From: an uncultured bacterium
GTDB taxonomy: Bacteria > UBA8481
Assembly (NCBI GenBank): GCA_964499705.1
Contig: CAZCME010000006.1
Location: 124,001 to 188,000, forward strand
Direction of reading: 5' to 3'
DNA length: 64,000 nucleotides
Shown: positions 46,149 through 55,541 of the stretch, piece by piece
Layout: the number at the start of each line of letters is the position of its first letter
Numbering within the stretch: the first letter of the stretch is position 1
The notes under the pieces: model-generated
Database searches by the model: none
Seen by the model: only the letters and a program-made list of their open reading frames with translations
Told to the model about the DNA's origin: nothing
Translations under genes and position numbers: made by a program

Positions 46149-47339
46149 GTGCAAAATCGCCACACCAAACTTCCGCTCGTGAAGCTGAATCCGTCAGGCA
46201 CCCACAGGTGCCTGTACGGCCATTCGTGGATCTTCGACAACGAATTCAAGAAGCCCGACGACCTGGATCCCGGGGCCGAGGTCGACGTGGCCGATGCGAG
46301 GGGACGGTTCATCGGGCGCGGTTACTTCAACCCCGCTTCCAAGATCGCGATCCGCCTCTTCACCCGCAGTTCCCGTGCCACGCTGACCACGGATTTTTTC
46401 ATGAAGCGCATCGTCCAGGCGCGCGACGCCCGGAAGAGTTTCCTGCCGGAGGACGAACCGAGACGGATCGTCTTTTCCGAAGGCGACCGGTTGCCCGGCG
46501 TCGTCGCGGACATGTACGGCAGCGCGATCGTCGTCCAGATCCTCACGCTCGGCATGGACCTGCGACGCGAACGGATCGTGGAAGCGCTCATGAGCGTCTA
46601 TGCGCCCGACGCCATCTACGAGAGATCGGATGTCACATCGCGGTCGCGCGAGGGGCTCCCGGAGCGAAAGGGCGACCTCATCGGCAGCATTCCCGAACGG
46701 ATCGAACTTTCGACGGACGGCGTCCGCTTTGCCGTCCACCCGAAGACCGGACACAAGACGGGATGCTACCTGGATCAGCGGTTCAACCGTCGCAGGTTCG
46801 CGGAGTTCGCCGCCGGCGGGCGTGTCCTCGACGCCTTCGCCTACCAGGGGCTGTTCGGAGTCTATGCCGGCTGCGCGGGCGCGAGCGAAGTGCTGGCGAT
46901 CGAATCCTCGGATGAAGCGTGCCGCGAACTGAAGGACAACGCGGACTTGAACGGGCGGCCGGTGGAGCTGATGCGCGCCAACGTCTTCGACACGTTGAAG
47001 CTCCTGGAATCCGAAGGCCGCCGCTTCGATCTCATCTCGCTCGATCCTCCCTCCTTCACCAAGTCGATCGGCGCCTCCTCAAACGCGAAACGTGGCTACA
47101 AGGAGATCAATCTCCGCGCCATGCGGCTTCTTTCGGAGCACGGGATCCTCTTCACTTCCTCCTGCTCGTTCCATACCGACCGCGAGAGCTTCATCGATTC
47201 GCTCTCCGAGGCCGCCTGCGACTCCCGCCGCATCATGCAGCTCATCGAACTCCGCAGCGCCTCGCCGGATCATCCCGTGCGGATGGAAGTTCCCGAGACC
47301 GACTACCTGAAGTGCGCGGTGCTCCAGGCGAGGGAATAG
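46149..47339 (+). CDS. rlmI: 23S rRNA m5C1962 methyltransferase RlmI-like (PUA plus class I SAM MTase)
   Basis: GHSWIF, SEGDRLPGVVAD, GHKTGCYLDQR, FDLISLDPPSF, TSSCS, DHP...PETDYLK. Confidence 0.88.
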   Translation: MQNRHTKLPLVKLNPSGTHRCLYGHSWIFDNEFKKPDDLDPGAEVDVADARGRFIGRGYFNPASKIAIRLFTRSSRATLTTDFFMKRIVQARDARKSFLPEDEPRRIVFSEGDRLPGVVADMYGSAIVVQILTLGMDLRRERIVEALMSVYAPDAIYERSDVTSRSREGLPERKGDLIGSIPERIELSTDGVRFAVHPKTGHKTGCYLDQRFNRRRFAEFAAGGRVLDAFAYQGLFGVYAGCAGASEVLAIESSDEACRELKDNADLNGRPVELMRANVFDTLKLLESEGRRFDLISLDPPSFTKSIGASSNAKRGYKEINLRAMRLLSEHGILFTSSCSFHTDRESFIDSLSEAACDSRRIMQLIELRSASPDHPVRMEVPETDYLKCAVLQARE

Positions 47340-47421
47340 AAGAGGTTGAGGAATGACGGATGAAGCGGGCATGAGAGATATGTTCAACCAAGTCGAAGTT
47401 TGAAAAACCGGGTGCCATTTC

Positions 47422-47446
47422 CTTCATACTTCATACTTCATACTTC
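47422..47446 (+). repeat. Heptamer tandem repeat (CTTCATA)x3
   Basis: Read directly; reverse complement of the unit at 26759. Confidence 0.85.
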
Positions 47447-47478
47447 CTGCTTATCTTTCGATGTAGCGTATAGAGCTC

Positions 47479-49194
47479 ATGGCTAAACAGTTCGACTCCA
47501 TCCAGACACTTCTGAAACAGGTCCACGCGGACACGAAAGGCGTGCCCGGACCGGAGACCGGACCATCGGCCGAGGAGAAAGCCGCCGAGGAACGGGCGAA
47601 ACTCAAGACCGCGGTCGCGCGCTTCAGGGAGGATGTCCGGCGCGACAAACTCGTCATCCGGCGGCTGAGGAAATTCCGACGGGAAGGCATCTATGCCCTT
47701 CGCCCCTGGCATTGGGCGCTGATTCTCACGGTCGGCCCCGTCCTCATCGTCGGCTTCTTCTACCTTGTTCATTTCGCCTCATCCGTCACCCGATCCTCGC
47801 TCGCGATGAACGATGCCGTGAATCACATCATGGCGGGTCGCGTGGAAGCGGCGATAGAACGAATGAACCGGGCGATTTCTCTCGGGGCCGATCCAGGCGT
47901 CGTGTTCATCCGCGCCGGGAATGCCATGATGGACATGAACGAAACGGATTCCGCCGTTGAATTCTTCGATCGTGCCGCGGCACACTCCCGGCTAGCCGAC
48001 TTTTCCCTGATGGCAACCGCCTCGATCCGGGCGGCGGAAATCCTCCTTGAGCTGGGACGGCTGGACGAAGCCAACAAGCGTGTTATTCCTATTCTCGAAA
48101 TTGACCAGCGCCAGAGGGACGCCCTGATCATCCGCGGGCGCGTATTTTTCGCGCAGTCGAAATTCGAGGAAGCGGAAATCGCCTTCATCCAATCCCTGGA
48201 ACGGAGCCCGAACTCCCTCACACCCCGGTACTATCTCCGGGAAACCTATCTCAAGATGGGGCGCATCGAAGATGCCCGCGAGCAGGATGATTATCTGCTG
48301 CTGGCGCGGCAGGCCGGCGACGAAGACATCACGTCGCTCCTGGGTTATGCCGATCTGCTTGCCCGCAACGGCGATCTGCGGCGGGCCGAAGAGCTCCTCA
48401 TCGACATCACCAAGCGGCACCGGCGCACCATTCCGCAAGTGCTCGTGTCGCTCGGACGCCTCGCTATCGAGAACGCCGATGTCGTACGCGCGCAGATCTT
48501 CGCCGATTCCGCCGTCGCCATCGCTCCGGCCGCGCCGGACGGCTATATCCTGCGCGCGGAAATCCATTACGAACGCGGCCGGCTCCGCGAAGCCATCAAC
48601 GATCTCAATAAGGCGCTGACGATCGAACCATCGAACGCCAAGGCGCTTTACGACATGGGTTGCATTCTCTTTTACGACCTCGATATGAAATCTCAGGCTC
48701 TGGAGAAATTCGAGGCGAGCGTGAAGGAGGGATTCGATGGTCCGTTCGTGTGGTACAACATCGGAGCCACGCGCTATCTCACGAAGAATTTTCCCGGCGC
48801 GATCGATGCCTTTGCTTCGATGCCTCGATTCGTCGCGGCGGCGAACGACGCCAAGTGGTCGCTCTCCAACGCCTGCCTCATGGACCGCCAGGTCGACACG
48901 GCCCTGAAGATCTTCTCGGAATTGAAGATCTCCATGGAAAACAATCCCGCTCTCTCCAACAACTACGGTGTCGCGCTCGAACTCTCCGGCGACACCGTCG
49001 GCGCCCAGCGCGAATACTGGGCCGCGATCCGGGCGAGCGCGCCGAACACACCCCGCGATCCGATCGCTCTCGCCAACATCGATCGCGTTCTGCAGGGCCG
49101 CCTGATCGACGACCCGTGGAAAGTGTCACACCGCGATATTCCGCTGCGACTCCGCGGAGTCGCCTTCCCGCGAAAGCCGATGGGAGGAAGCTAG
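47479..49194 (+). CDS. Membrane-anchored tetratricopeptide repeat protein
   Basis: One TM (WALILTVGPVLIVGFFYLV) followed by many TPR-like helices, e.g. AINDLNKALTIEPSNAKALYDMG. Confidence 0.85.
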   Translation: MAKQFDSIQTLLKQVHADTKGVPGPETGPSAEEKAAEERAKLKTAVARFREDVRRDKLVIRRLRKFRREGIYALRPWHWALILTVGPVLIVGFFYLVHFASSVTRSSLAMNDAVNHIMAGRVEAAIERMNRAISLGADPGVVFIRAGNAMMDMNETDSAVEFFDRAAAHSRLADFSLMATASIRAAEILLELGRLDEANKRVIPILEIDQRQRDALIIRGRVFFAQSKFEEAEIAFIQSLERSPNSLTPRYYLRETYLKMGRIEDAREQDDYLLLARQAGDEDITSLLGYADLLARNGDLRRAEELLIDITKRHRRTIPQVLVSLGRLAIENADVVRAQIFADSAVAIAPAAPDGYILRAEIHYERGRLREAINDLNKALTIEPSNAKALYDMGCILFYDLDMKSQALEKFEASVKEGFDGPFVWYNIGATRYLTKNFPGAIDAFASMPRFVAAANDAKWSLSNACLMDRQVDTALKIFSELKISMENNPALSNNYGVALELSGDTVGAQREYWAAIRASAPNTPRDPIALANIDRVLQGRLIDDPWKVSHRDIPLRLRGVAFPRKPMGGS

Positions 49195-49236
49195 CGGTCC
49201 TTGCCGGGACCGCGCGGTTGCGGCAGACTCCATGCT

Positions 49237-49440
49237 ATGATTACTCTGACGATCAACGGGCAGCGGCGGGAGCTCGCCGACGGCACAACGCTCGCCGGGC
49301 TCATCGAGATCCTCGATCTCGCGCGACGGCGCGTTGCCGTGGAACGGAACCGCGAGATCGTGAAACAGGCGCTCTGGCCCGAGACCACTCTGGCGGACGG
49401 CGACGAACTGGAGGTACTTCACTTCGTCGGGGGAGGATGA
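49237..49440 (+). CDS. thiS: Sulfur carrier protein ThiS
   Basis: MITLTING...[10 protein letters not shown]...[16 protein letters not shown]. Confidence 0.93.
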   Translation: MITLTINGQRRELADGTTLAGLIEILDLARRRVAVERNREIVKQALWPETTLADGDELEVLHFVGGG

Positions 49441-49443
49441 CGA

Positions 49444-50448
49444 ATGAATCTGCCGGATTTCAAAGTGCGGCCTCTCACCCCATTCGAAATGGAGGCAGGC
49501 TATATATTCTTCGTCCTCTTCTTCGTGCTCCTCTTCGCCTGGATGGCGTGGGATGCGCTGAAGAGGAAAGTCGACCGGCGTCGGCAGCTGCTGCATTTGG
49601 TGTCGGAACACGCCGCGAAGACGGAACTCACGCATGAAGAAGCGGAACTCCTCGAGAGGATAACGCTGGCTGAGGGCATCTTCCCCGGCCTCCGTACATT
49701 CGAACGCGAAGTCGATCTCCTGCTTCAACAAGGCGAATCGGCCGACACGATTCATCGGCTCCGCTTCAAGCTCGGTTTCAACATCCCCAAGTCCGGCCAC
49801 AGGCTTTTCTCCACCCGAGAATGCGAACCGGGGCAGGATGTCACCATTTCCATCGGCAGCCACGTCTGGAAGGGCAGCATCTTCACCGTGGACGAACGCT
49901 TCCTCACGCTGCGGATTCCGGATGACGCCGCGCGGACGCTCGTGAAGCCGGGCGCGGAGATTAAAGTGGGCTTCTGGCGTAATTTCGACGCGCATTACCA
50001 TTTCCGCACGAACGTGAGGGAGCAGGAAACACATCCACTCGCGCTGATTCACATCGATCATCCGCAGTCCATGGACCGCCGGCAGGATCGGGAATCCTTC
50101 CGGGCGGAAATTCACTGGGAGGCGAAAGTTGTGAAGGTAAACCGTGTGTTCGGAAACAGCGGCCCAGGAACCGCGATCCCCTCAGGCGATCCGCTCTCCG
50201 TCACCGTCGTGGACCTGTCGGAAGGAGGAGCCCGTTTTCTGCCGATACCTGGCATTCGCGAGGATGACGAGCTTATCGTCTCCATCCCGATGGCCGATCG
50301 GGCTCACCCGCTTCGGGCGCCGGCCCGCGTCATTTCAGCGGGGAAGGACGACATACGATGCCGATTCGAGAATCTCAGCATGCACGAGAAAGATGAAATT
50401 CACAGGCAGATCCTGAAGCTCACGACGCAAGGACACGCTCTTCCATGA
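49444..50448 (+). CDS. Membrane-anchored YcgR-like PilZ-domain protein
   Basis: N-terminal TM; RRQDRESFR and DLSEGG c-di-GMP-binding motifs. Confidence 0.85.
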   Translation: MNLPDFKVRPLTPFEMEAGYIFFVLFFVLLFAWMAWDALKRKVDRRRQLLHLVSEHAAKTELTHEEAELLERITLAEGIFPGLRTFEREVDLLLQQGESADTIHRLRFKLGFNIPKSGHRLFSTRECEPGQDVTISIGSHVWKGSIFTVDERFLTLRIPDDAARTLVKPGAEIKVGFWRNFDAHYHFRTNVREQETHPLALIHIDHPQSMDRRQDRESFRAEIHWEAKVVKVNRVFGNSGPGTAIPSGDPLSVTVVDLSEGGARFLPIPGIREDDELIVSIPMADRAHPLRAPARVISAGKDDIRCRFENLSMHEKDEIHRQILKLTTQGHALP

Positions 50449-51649
50449 CCGGGCCATGCGCGCGGTATTCGCGGATCCACGGCATGAGTTCCTGGGAGGG
50501 CATGGGGCGGGCAAAGTAGAATCCCTGCACTTCATCGCACTCCATCCGCACCACCAGCTCCAGCTCCTCGCGCGTTTCCACTCCCTCGGCGATCACCCGG
50601 AGTCCCAGCTTGCGCGCCATGGAAATGGTCGATTCGAGCATCACGTGGATGCTCCGCTCGTTGACGGCGCCGGTGACATACGCCTGGTCGATCTTCAATT
50701 CCGTGAAAGGAAATCTCCTCAGTTGTTCCAAGGTCGAGTTGCCTGTGCCGTAATCGTCGATCGAGAGGCCGAAGCCCTTCAGTCGAAAGCGCGTCAGAAC
50801 TTCCAGCGCGTCCGCCAGGTGCACGATGCCGCGACTCTCCGTGATCTCCAGGATGATCGACTCGGTGGAGAGGCCCTCCTGCAGGGCGATCTCCTCCACC
50901 CTGTCGGGCAGGAGAACATCCGAGAGGAGGTCGACGGAGATATTGACGGCGATCCGATGGTCGCAGCCCGAGCGGATCCAGTCGGCGGATTGGGCCAGGG
51001 ACACGCGCAGCACCTTCTCGGTCAGCTCGCTCACCAGCCCTTCCTCCTCCGCCAGCGGCACGAAGAATTCGGGACTGATGAAACCGAGATCGGGATGTTT
51101 CCAGCGCGCCAGCACCTCAATGCCCTTGATGCTTCCATTCTCCGTGGATACCTGCGGCTGGTAGTACAGGAACGTCTCCGCGTTCTGAATCGCCCTGGCA
51201 AGATCATGCGACCGAAGCGAACACGGCGGAAGCTTTTTCCGCCGCGTCTCGCGGGAATGAGCCTTGTTCAGGAGGTGCCGGAGTTCCTCCACCTTCAGTG
51301 GTTTTTCGAGCGCGCCCAGGATATTCAACTCGCGGGCACGCGCCAGGCTTTCCGCCGCTGACAGGATCCGGCTGTCGAGCGCGCTTGTCAGAATGATGCC
51401 CGCCTGGTGATCCTCCTCCTTGATGAACCGGAGAAATTCCGCACCATCCATGTTGGGCATCCTGAGATCGACGAGGATGAGATTGACGGGCTCGCCTCCC
51501 GCAAGGGAATCGCGGATGATGTGAAGCGCTTCCTCGCCATCCGAGGCAGTCCGGACGTCCACGAGCCCCATGTTCCGGAGGAGCGTCGCGGCATATTCGC
51601 ATTGCAGAGGATGATCTTCGACGACGAGCGCATGCCATGTCTTATCCAT
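50420..51649 (-). CDS. Response regulator receiver plus EAL phosphodiesterase
   Basis: LVVEDH, VDLRMPNMDG, EKP; YYQPQV, EVLARW, LEITES, IDDYGTG, ELKIDQ, AEGVET, QGFYFARP. Start at MDKTW. Confidence 0.93.
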   Translation of the reverse strand: MDKTWHALVVEDHPLQCEYAATLLRNMGLVDVRTASDGEEALHIIRDSLAGGEPVNLILVDLRMPNMDGAEFLRFIKEEDHQAGIILTSALDSRILSAAESLARARELNILGALEKPLKVEELRHLLNKAHSRETRRKKLPPCSLRSHDLARAIQNAETFLYYQPQVSTENGSIKGIEVLARWKHPDLGFISPEFFVPLAEEEGLVSELTEKVLRVSLAQSADWIRSGCDHRIAVNISVDLLSDVLLPDRVEEIALQEGLSTESIILEITESRGIVHLADALEVLTRFRLKGFGLSIDDYGTGNSTLEQLRRFPFTELKIDQAYVTGAVNERSIHVMLESTISMARKLGLRVIAEGVETREELELVVRMECDEVQGFYFARPMPSQELMPWIREYRAHGPVMEERVLAS

Positions 51650-54245
51650 GAGCGTCACGCAGTTCGCCCTGGATCCGGGCGATGAGTTGTTCCTCGCCTT
51701 CCTCGAAGCGGCTGAGGAGCGAAACCACGACCGATTTATTTCCCGCTCGCGCAGCGATCTCGATGTCCCGGCAGACGGTGGACAGGTTCTCCGCGCCCAC
51801 GGTCGCCGACGCGCCCTTGATACGGTGCGCCGTTTCCCTCGCCGCGGCCATGTCACTGCGGGTCGCCGCGTCCTCCAGGGCCACCCGGTCCTGCACATTC
51901 GTCTCCAGGAATCTCCGCAGGATATGCCTGATCATGGAGACGTCCCCTCCCAGCTGATGCTGCAATACGCTCGTGTCGAGCACATGTTCGTCCGCTTCCA
52001 TCGTCTTCCTCCCCGCTGCGTGTTTTCCGAGAATCTCCAGGAGCTGTTCCTTGTGAAACGGCTTCGACAGGAAATCATCCATGCCGGCCGCGAGGCAATC
52101 GTCCTTCACTCCACCGACGGCGCTTGCGGTCAGCGCGATGATGGGTATGCGCACGGATCGGTCCTTCTCGGAGGCGCGAATCAGCCGGGTCGCCTCGTAA
52201 CCGTCCATCTCCGGCATCTGGCAATCCATGAGAATGAGGTCGAATGTCCCGTCGCGGGCCGCTTCGACGGTCTCCCTTCCGTTCTTCGCCGTCGTCACCC
52301 TGCAGCCCAGACCGGAGAGCATGGCTTCGGCCATCATGAGGTTGACGGGGTGATCGTCCGCCACGAGGACTCGAAGGCCGGCAAGTATTCCAGAGCGTAG
52401 CGCATCTCCCGCGCGTGCCCGGATCGGCGCGGGAATCTCTTCCGCCGCCGGCTCGTCCTCGACCGCCTGTGGAAGTGGAAGCGTCACCGTGAAAACGGAT
52501 CCCCTGCCCGGCTCGCTCTCGACCTCGATCGTGCCGCCCATCATCTCGATCAGCTGCCGGCAGATCGAAAGCCCCAGGCCCGTACCCTGGAAACGCCGGG
52601 CGGAGGACGTATCGACCTGGACGAATCTTTCGAAGATCAGGTCGCGCGCCTCCCGCGACATCCCGATTCCCGAGTCGGATACGCGAAGCACCAGCGGAGC
52701 TGAAGCTCCGGCCGACGGCATGAGCTCCACGTTCACCCGGACCTGCCCCTTGTCGGTGAACTTGATGGCGTTTCCGACGAGGTTGATGAGGATCTGCCGG
52801 ACGCGCGTCGCATCGCCCACGAAGGAGCGCGGCGTGCCCGCCGCGTGGCTCACGATGAGCTCGATCCCCTTCGCTTTCGCCCGGGACGCCATCAATTCAC
52901 CGGTCTGGTCCACCAGCTCCTTCATGTCGAACGCGGCGCTCTGCAGCGTCAGTTTCCCGGCCTCAAGACGGGATATATCCAGAATATCGTTAATGATGGT
53001 CAGGAGCGATTCGGAAGAGGACGCGATCGTCGCAGCGTAATGCCGCTGCTTGTCCGTCAGCTCGGTCTCCATCAGGAGCTCCGTCATGCCGATCACGCCG
53101 TTCATCGGCGTCCGGATCTCATGACTCATCATCGCGAGAAACTCGCTCTTCGCCTTGTTCGCCGCTTCCGCGGTCCTCATCGCCTCCTTCACCACATCCA
53201 TGGCCTTTCGCTGGCGCAGCCAGAGCCAGGAAGCGAAGACAGAGAGGAGCGTGAACAGCAGGACGATCGGCACGATGCTGCGCGAAAGAAGCATCAGGGA
53301 TACATGGCGGATGGAAACGAGGATCGGCAGGGGCAGGTGGTGCACGAGGATGAGGCGGTCCGGAAAATCGAGCGAGGAGGATCCCGGATTCAAGGGAAGG
53401 CTCAGGAAGGAAAACAAACCCTCCTCATTCTCGAAGTCGCCCGCCGTATCGCGCGATACGCGCGCCCACGCCAGCGGAAAGCGTTCCGAAAACGCGATGG
53501 CAAGGCGCGACGGAGCGAGAAATCCGCGGCCGTCGTCAGGCGTGATAATCCTCCCCTCCTGGTCGACGAACATGCTCCGCCCCATCGTCGGCGCCATGAT
53601 CGGCTCCCCGCCGTGCCCCGTTTTTCCGTGAAGGCCGCCGCGATAATCCAGGATGACGATACCGCGCCGCATACCGCGGCGGTCCAGGATGGGCGCCGCG
53701 CACCGCAATGCAAAGCACGTGTCCGCCACGCCCGGCTCCGTTGTCGTATCGGGCAGCCATGGCAGGAGGATCGTGCCGTCCTGTTCCATCTTCTTCGCCA
53801 ACGCGCGATTCCAGGAGTCCTCCGCGGCATCACGTTTCGCCCCGGCGACGACAATCGCGCCGGTTTCCGGAGAGACTACTTTCAGAAGCTCCCTGCCGTT
53901 GAGATCCAGGATGCGGATGGATCCGTAACCGGTCTTCTGACGGCAATAGGTGATCGCCTGTTCCACGAGCTCTTCCCGTTCCGCTTTTCCTGGGTGTTCC
54001 GCATAGGCCGTCACGGCGGGATCCCGCGCAAGGAGCCGGAGATCCGCCCGGATGTTGTCGAAGACGGAGAACATGGCGCGGGCATTGAGAGTGATATTCT
54101 CCGTCGCGTTCAATCGGAGTAGATCCAGGTACGCCCAGTGCTGGGTCCAGTACAGGGGCGTCGCAACGAGCAGAACCACGGCCAGGAGCGGTGCCAGGAA
54201 CGCCAGGATGAGTTTTATCATCCGGGTCGAATCTCCCGATTTCAT
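51642..54245 (-). CDS. Hybrid sensor histidine kinase (periplasmic Cache-like, HisKA, HATPase, REC, Hpt)
   Basis: Two TMs; FLAMMSHEIRTPMNG, NLVGNAIKFT, DSGIGM, GTGLGL, LMDCQMPEMDG, AHRIKGAS. Confidence 0.95.
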   Translation of the reverse strand: MKSGDSTRMIKLILAFLAPLLAVVLLVATPLYWTQHWAYLDLLRLNATENITLNARAMFSVFDNIRADLRLLARDPAVTAYAEHPGKAEREELVEQAITYCRQKTGYGSIRILDLNGRELLKVVSPETGAIVVAGAKRDAAEDSWNRALAKKMEQDGTILLPWLPDTTTEPGVADTCFALRCAAPILDRRGMRRGIVILDYRGGLHGKTGHGGEPIMAPTMGRSMFVDQEGRIITPDDGRGFLAPSRLAIAFSERFPLAWARVSRDTAGDFENEEGLFSFLSLPLNPGSSSLDFPDRLILVHHLPLPILVSIRHVSLMLLSRSIVPIVLLFTLLSVFASWLWLRQRKAMDVVKEAMRTAEAANKAKSEFLAMMSHEIRTPMNGVIGMTELLMETELTDKQRHYAATIASSSESLLTIINDILDISRLEAGKLTLQSAAFDMKELVDQTGELMASRAKAKGIELIVSHAAGTPRSFVGDATRVRQILINLVGNAIKFTDKGQVRVNVELMPSAGASAPLVLRVSDSGIGMSREARDLIFERFVQVDTSSARRFQGTGLGLSICRQLIEMMGGTIEVESEPGRGSVFTVTLPLPQAVEDEPAAEEIPAPIRARAGDALRSGILAGLRVLVADDHPVNLMMAEAMLSGLGCRVTTAKNGRETVEAARDGTFDLILMDCQMPEMDGYEATRLIRASEKDRSVRIPIIALTASAVGGVKDDCLAAGMDDFLSKPFHKEQLLEILGKHAAGRKTMEADEHVLDTSVLQHQLGGDVSMIRHILRRFLETNVQDRVALEDAATRSDMAAARETAHRIKGASATVGAENLSTVCRDIEIAARAGNKSVVVSLLSRFEEGEEQLIARIQGELRDAHG

Positions 54246-54535
54246 CTCATCCCCGCGCAAGGTGCTCCCCCGGCTTCTCGTGCCCGTCGGCGAACGAAGC
54301 GGTTTCCATTCCGCTTCATCCGCATTACTCCCGGAAACTTTCCCGTTGTTAAATCATGATGATCGGCAACTCAGGAAACCGTGATATGGAAGACAGCCCG
54401 GATCATACGCCGGCATTTATCCACGAGCTCCGCCGGGCGTAAGATCCGTCACATCACAATACAAACGGTTGCTTCTATACTTTCTTAGGCGCATTCAACA
54501 GCAGGACAGACGCGCGAGAACTTGGGAGGGCGGCG

Positions 54536-55054
54536 ATGCTGGACGAAACCATGAAGAGCCCCATTACAACCGAGCAGATGCTGGTGGTGACGATGCGGGA
54601 GCTGATCGAAGGGACGCTTTTCCACAACGAGAATGTTCGCCTGAGCGACGCGTTGAACGCGGAAGCACGGCAGTTCAGCCGTTATATCACGTTGAAGGAC
54701 GCCGCGGTCTTCAGTCTTTCGACGGGCCGGGAGATCATGAAAACCGCCTTCATCATGGTGGCACATGACCACATCATATATATGACACCCAAAGGATGTG
54801 TTCAGGCGGCCACGATGCAGTTGCAGCCTAATTCCGCGCAACCGGAAATTCAGAAAGGAGTAGCGGCCGCGGTCGCCGCGTCCACGGCGACGCCTGCCGC
54901 GACGTCATCGCCGCAGGACAAACAGCCGGGCCCCGAATTCTCGGCGGACGGAAAGACGATTCATCCTCTCTCTCACCAGGCGATTCTCGAGACGCTGGCC
55001 GCGATTCGCGGGCAGACCCGGCACGCGACCGACGATGCACCCGTCCCGCGCTGA
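54536..55054 (+). CDS. Hypothetical protein, DUF6812-like N-terminal domain with a low-complexity tail
   Basis: GGGAGG SD; LIEGTLF...VRLSDALN...YITLKDAAV...FIMVAHDHIIYM pattern. Confidence 0.6.
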   Translation: MLDETMKSPITTEQMLVVTMRELIEGTLFHNENVRLSDALNAEARQFSRYITLKDAAVFSLSTGREIMKTAFIMVAHDHIIYMTPKGCVQAATMQLQPNSAQPEIQKGVAAAVAASTATPAATSSPQDKQPGPEFSADGKTIHPLSHQAILETLAAIRGQTRHATDDAPVPR

Positions 55055-55541
55055 TATTCCGGCGCACTCAACGAAAGCCGGCACGGACCGGAAAATCATT
55101 CCCGGCGATAAGCCGGTCGAAGCAGGCGCAACGCCACACAGGCGCGATCCGCGCTATGTCGAACAAAGAGCCGAACTTTCCGACTGGATCCAGGTGAAGC
55201 TCGTGCGCCAGTTCGGCGCGCCGATCCAGCTGAGCGGCGTCCTGATGGACCTGACGCCTCGTGCCGTGAAGGTCGGTTTTCCCGACGAGTCGATCCCCTG
55301 CGAGAGTTTCTCGGTGGGCGCTCGATTACTGGTGACGTTCCGATTTCGCAACCTGACCGCCACGACCGCGACCGCGACGATCAGCCGCGTCGACCGCATG
55401 GAGAACGGATTGAGCCTCGTCCTGTTCTTCGATTTTCTCCGGGAATCGGACCGGGCATCGCTCCTGGAAATCTGCGAATCGAGTCAAACGCGCGAAGTGC
55501 CGCTCAGCCCGGGGATTCCTCGCGCAGGAATTTCATCGTAA
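55035..55541 (+). CDS. PilZ-like domain protein (degenerate motifs, start uncertain)
   Basis: RRDPR and DLTPRAV approximate RxxxR / DxSxxG, followed by a beta-barrel-like pattern. Confidence 0.55.
   Translation: MHPSRADIPAHSTKAGTDRKIIPGDKPVEAGATPHRRDPRYVEQRAELSDWIQVKLVRQFGAPIQLSGVLMDLTPRAVKVGFPDESIPCESFSVGARLLVTFRFRNLTATTATATISRVDRMENGLSLVLFFDFLRESDRASLLEICESSQTREVPLSPGIPRAGISS

Noticed and set aside
49237-49440. thiS without thiG/thiF as a ubiquitin-like conjugation system
   Set aside because: No E1, E2 or JAB genes are nearby, and dispersed thiamine genes are common.
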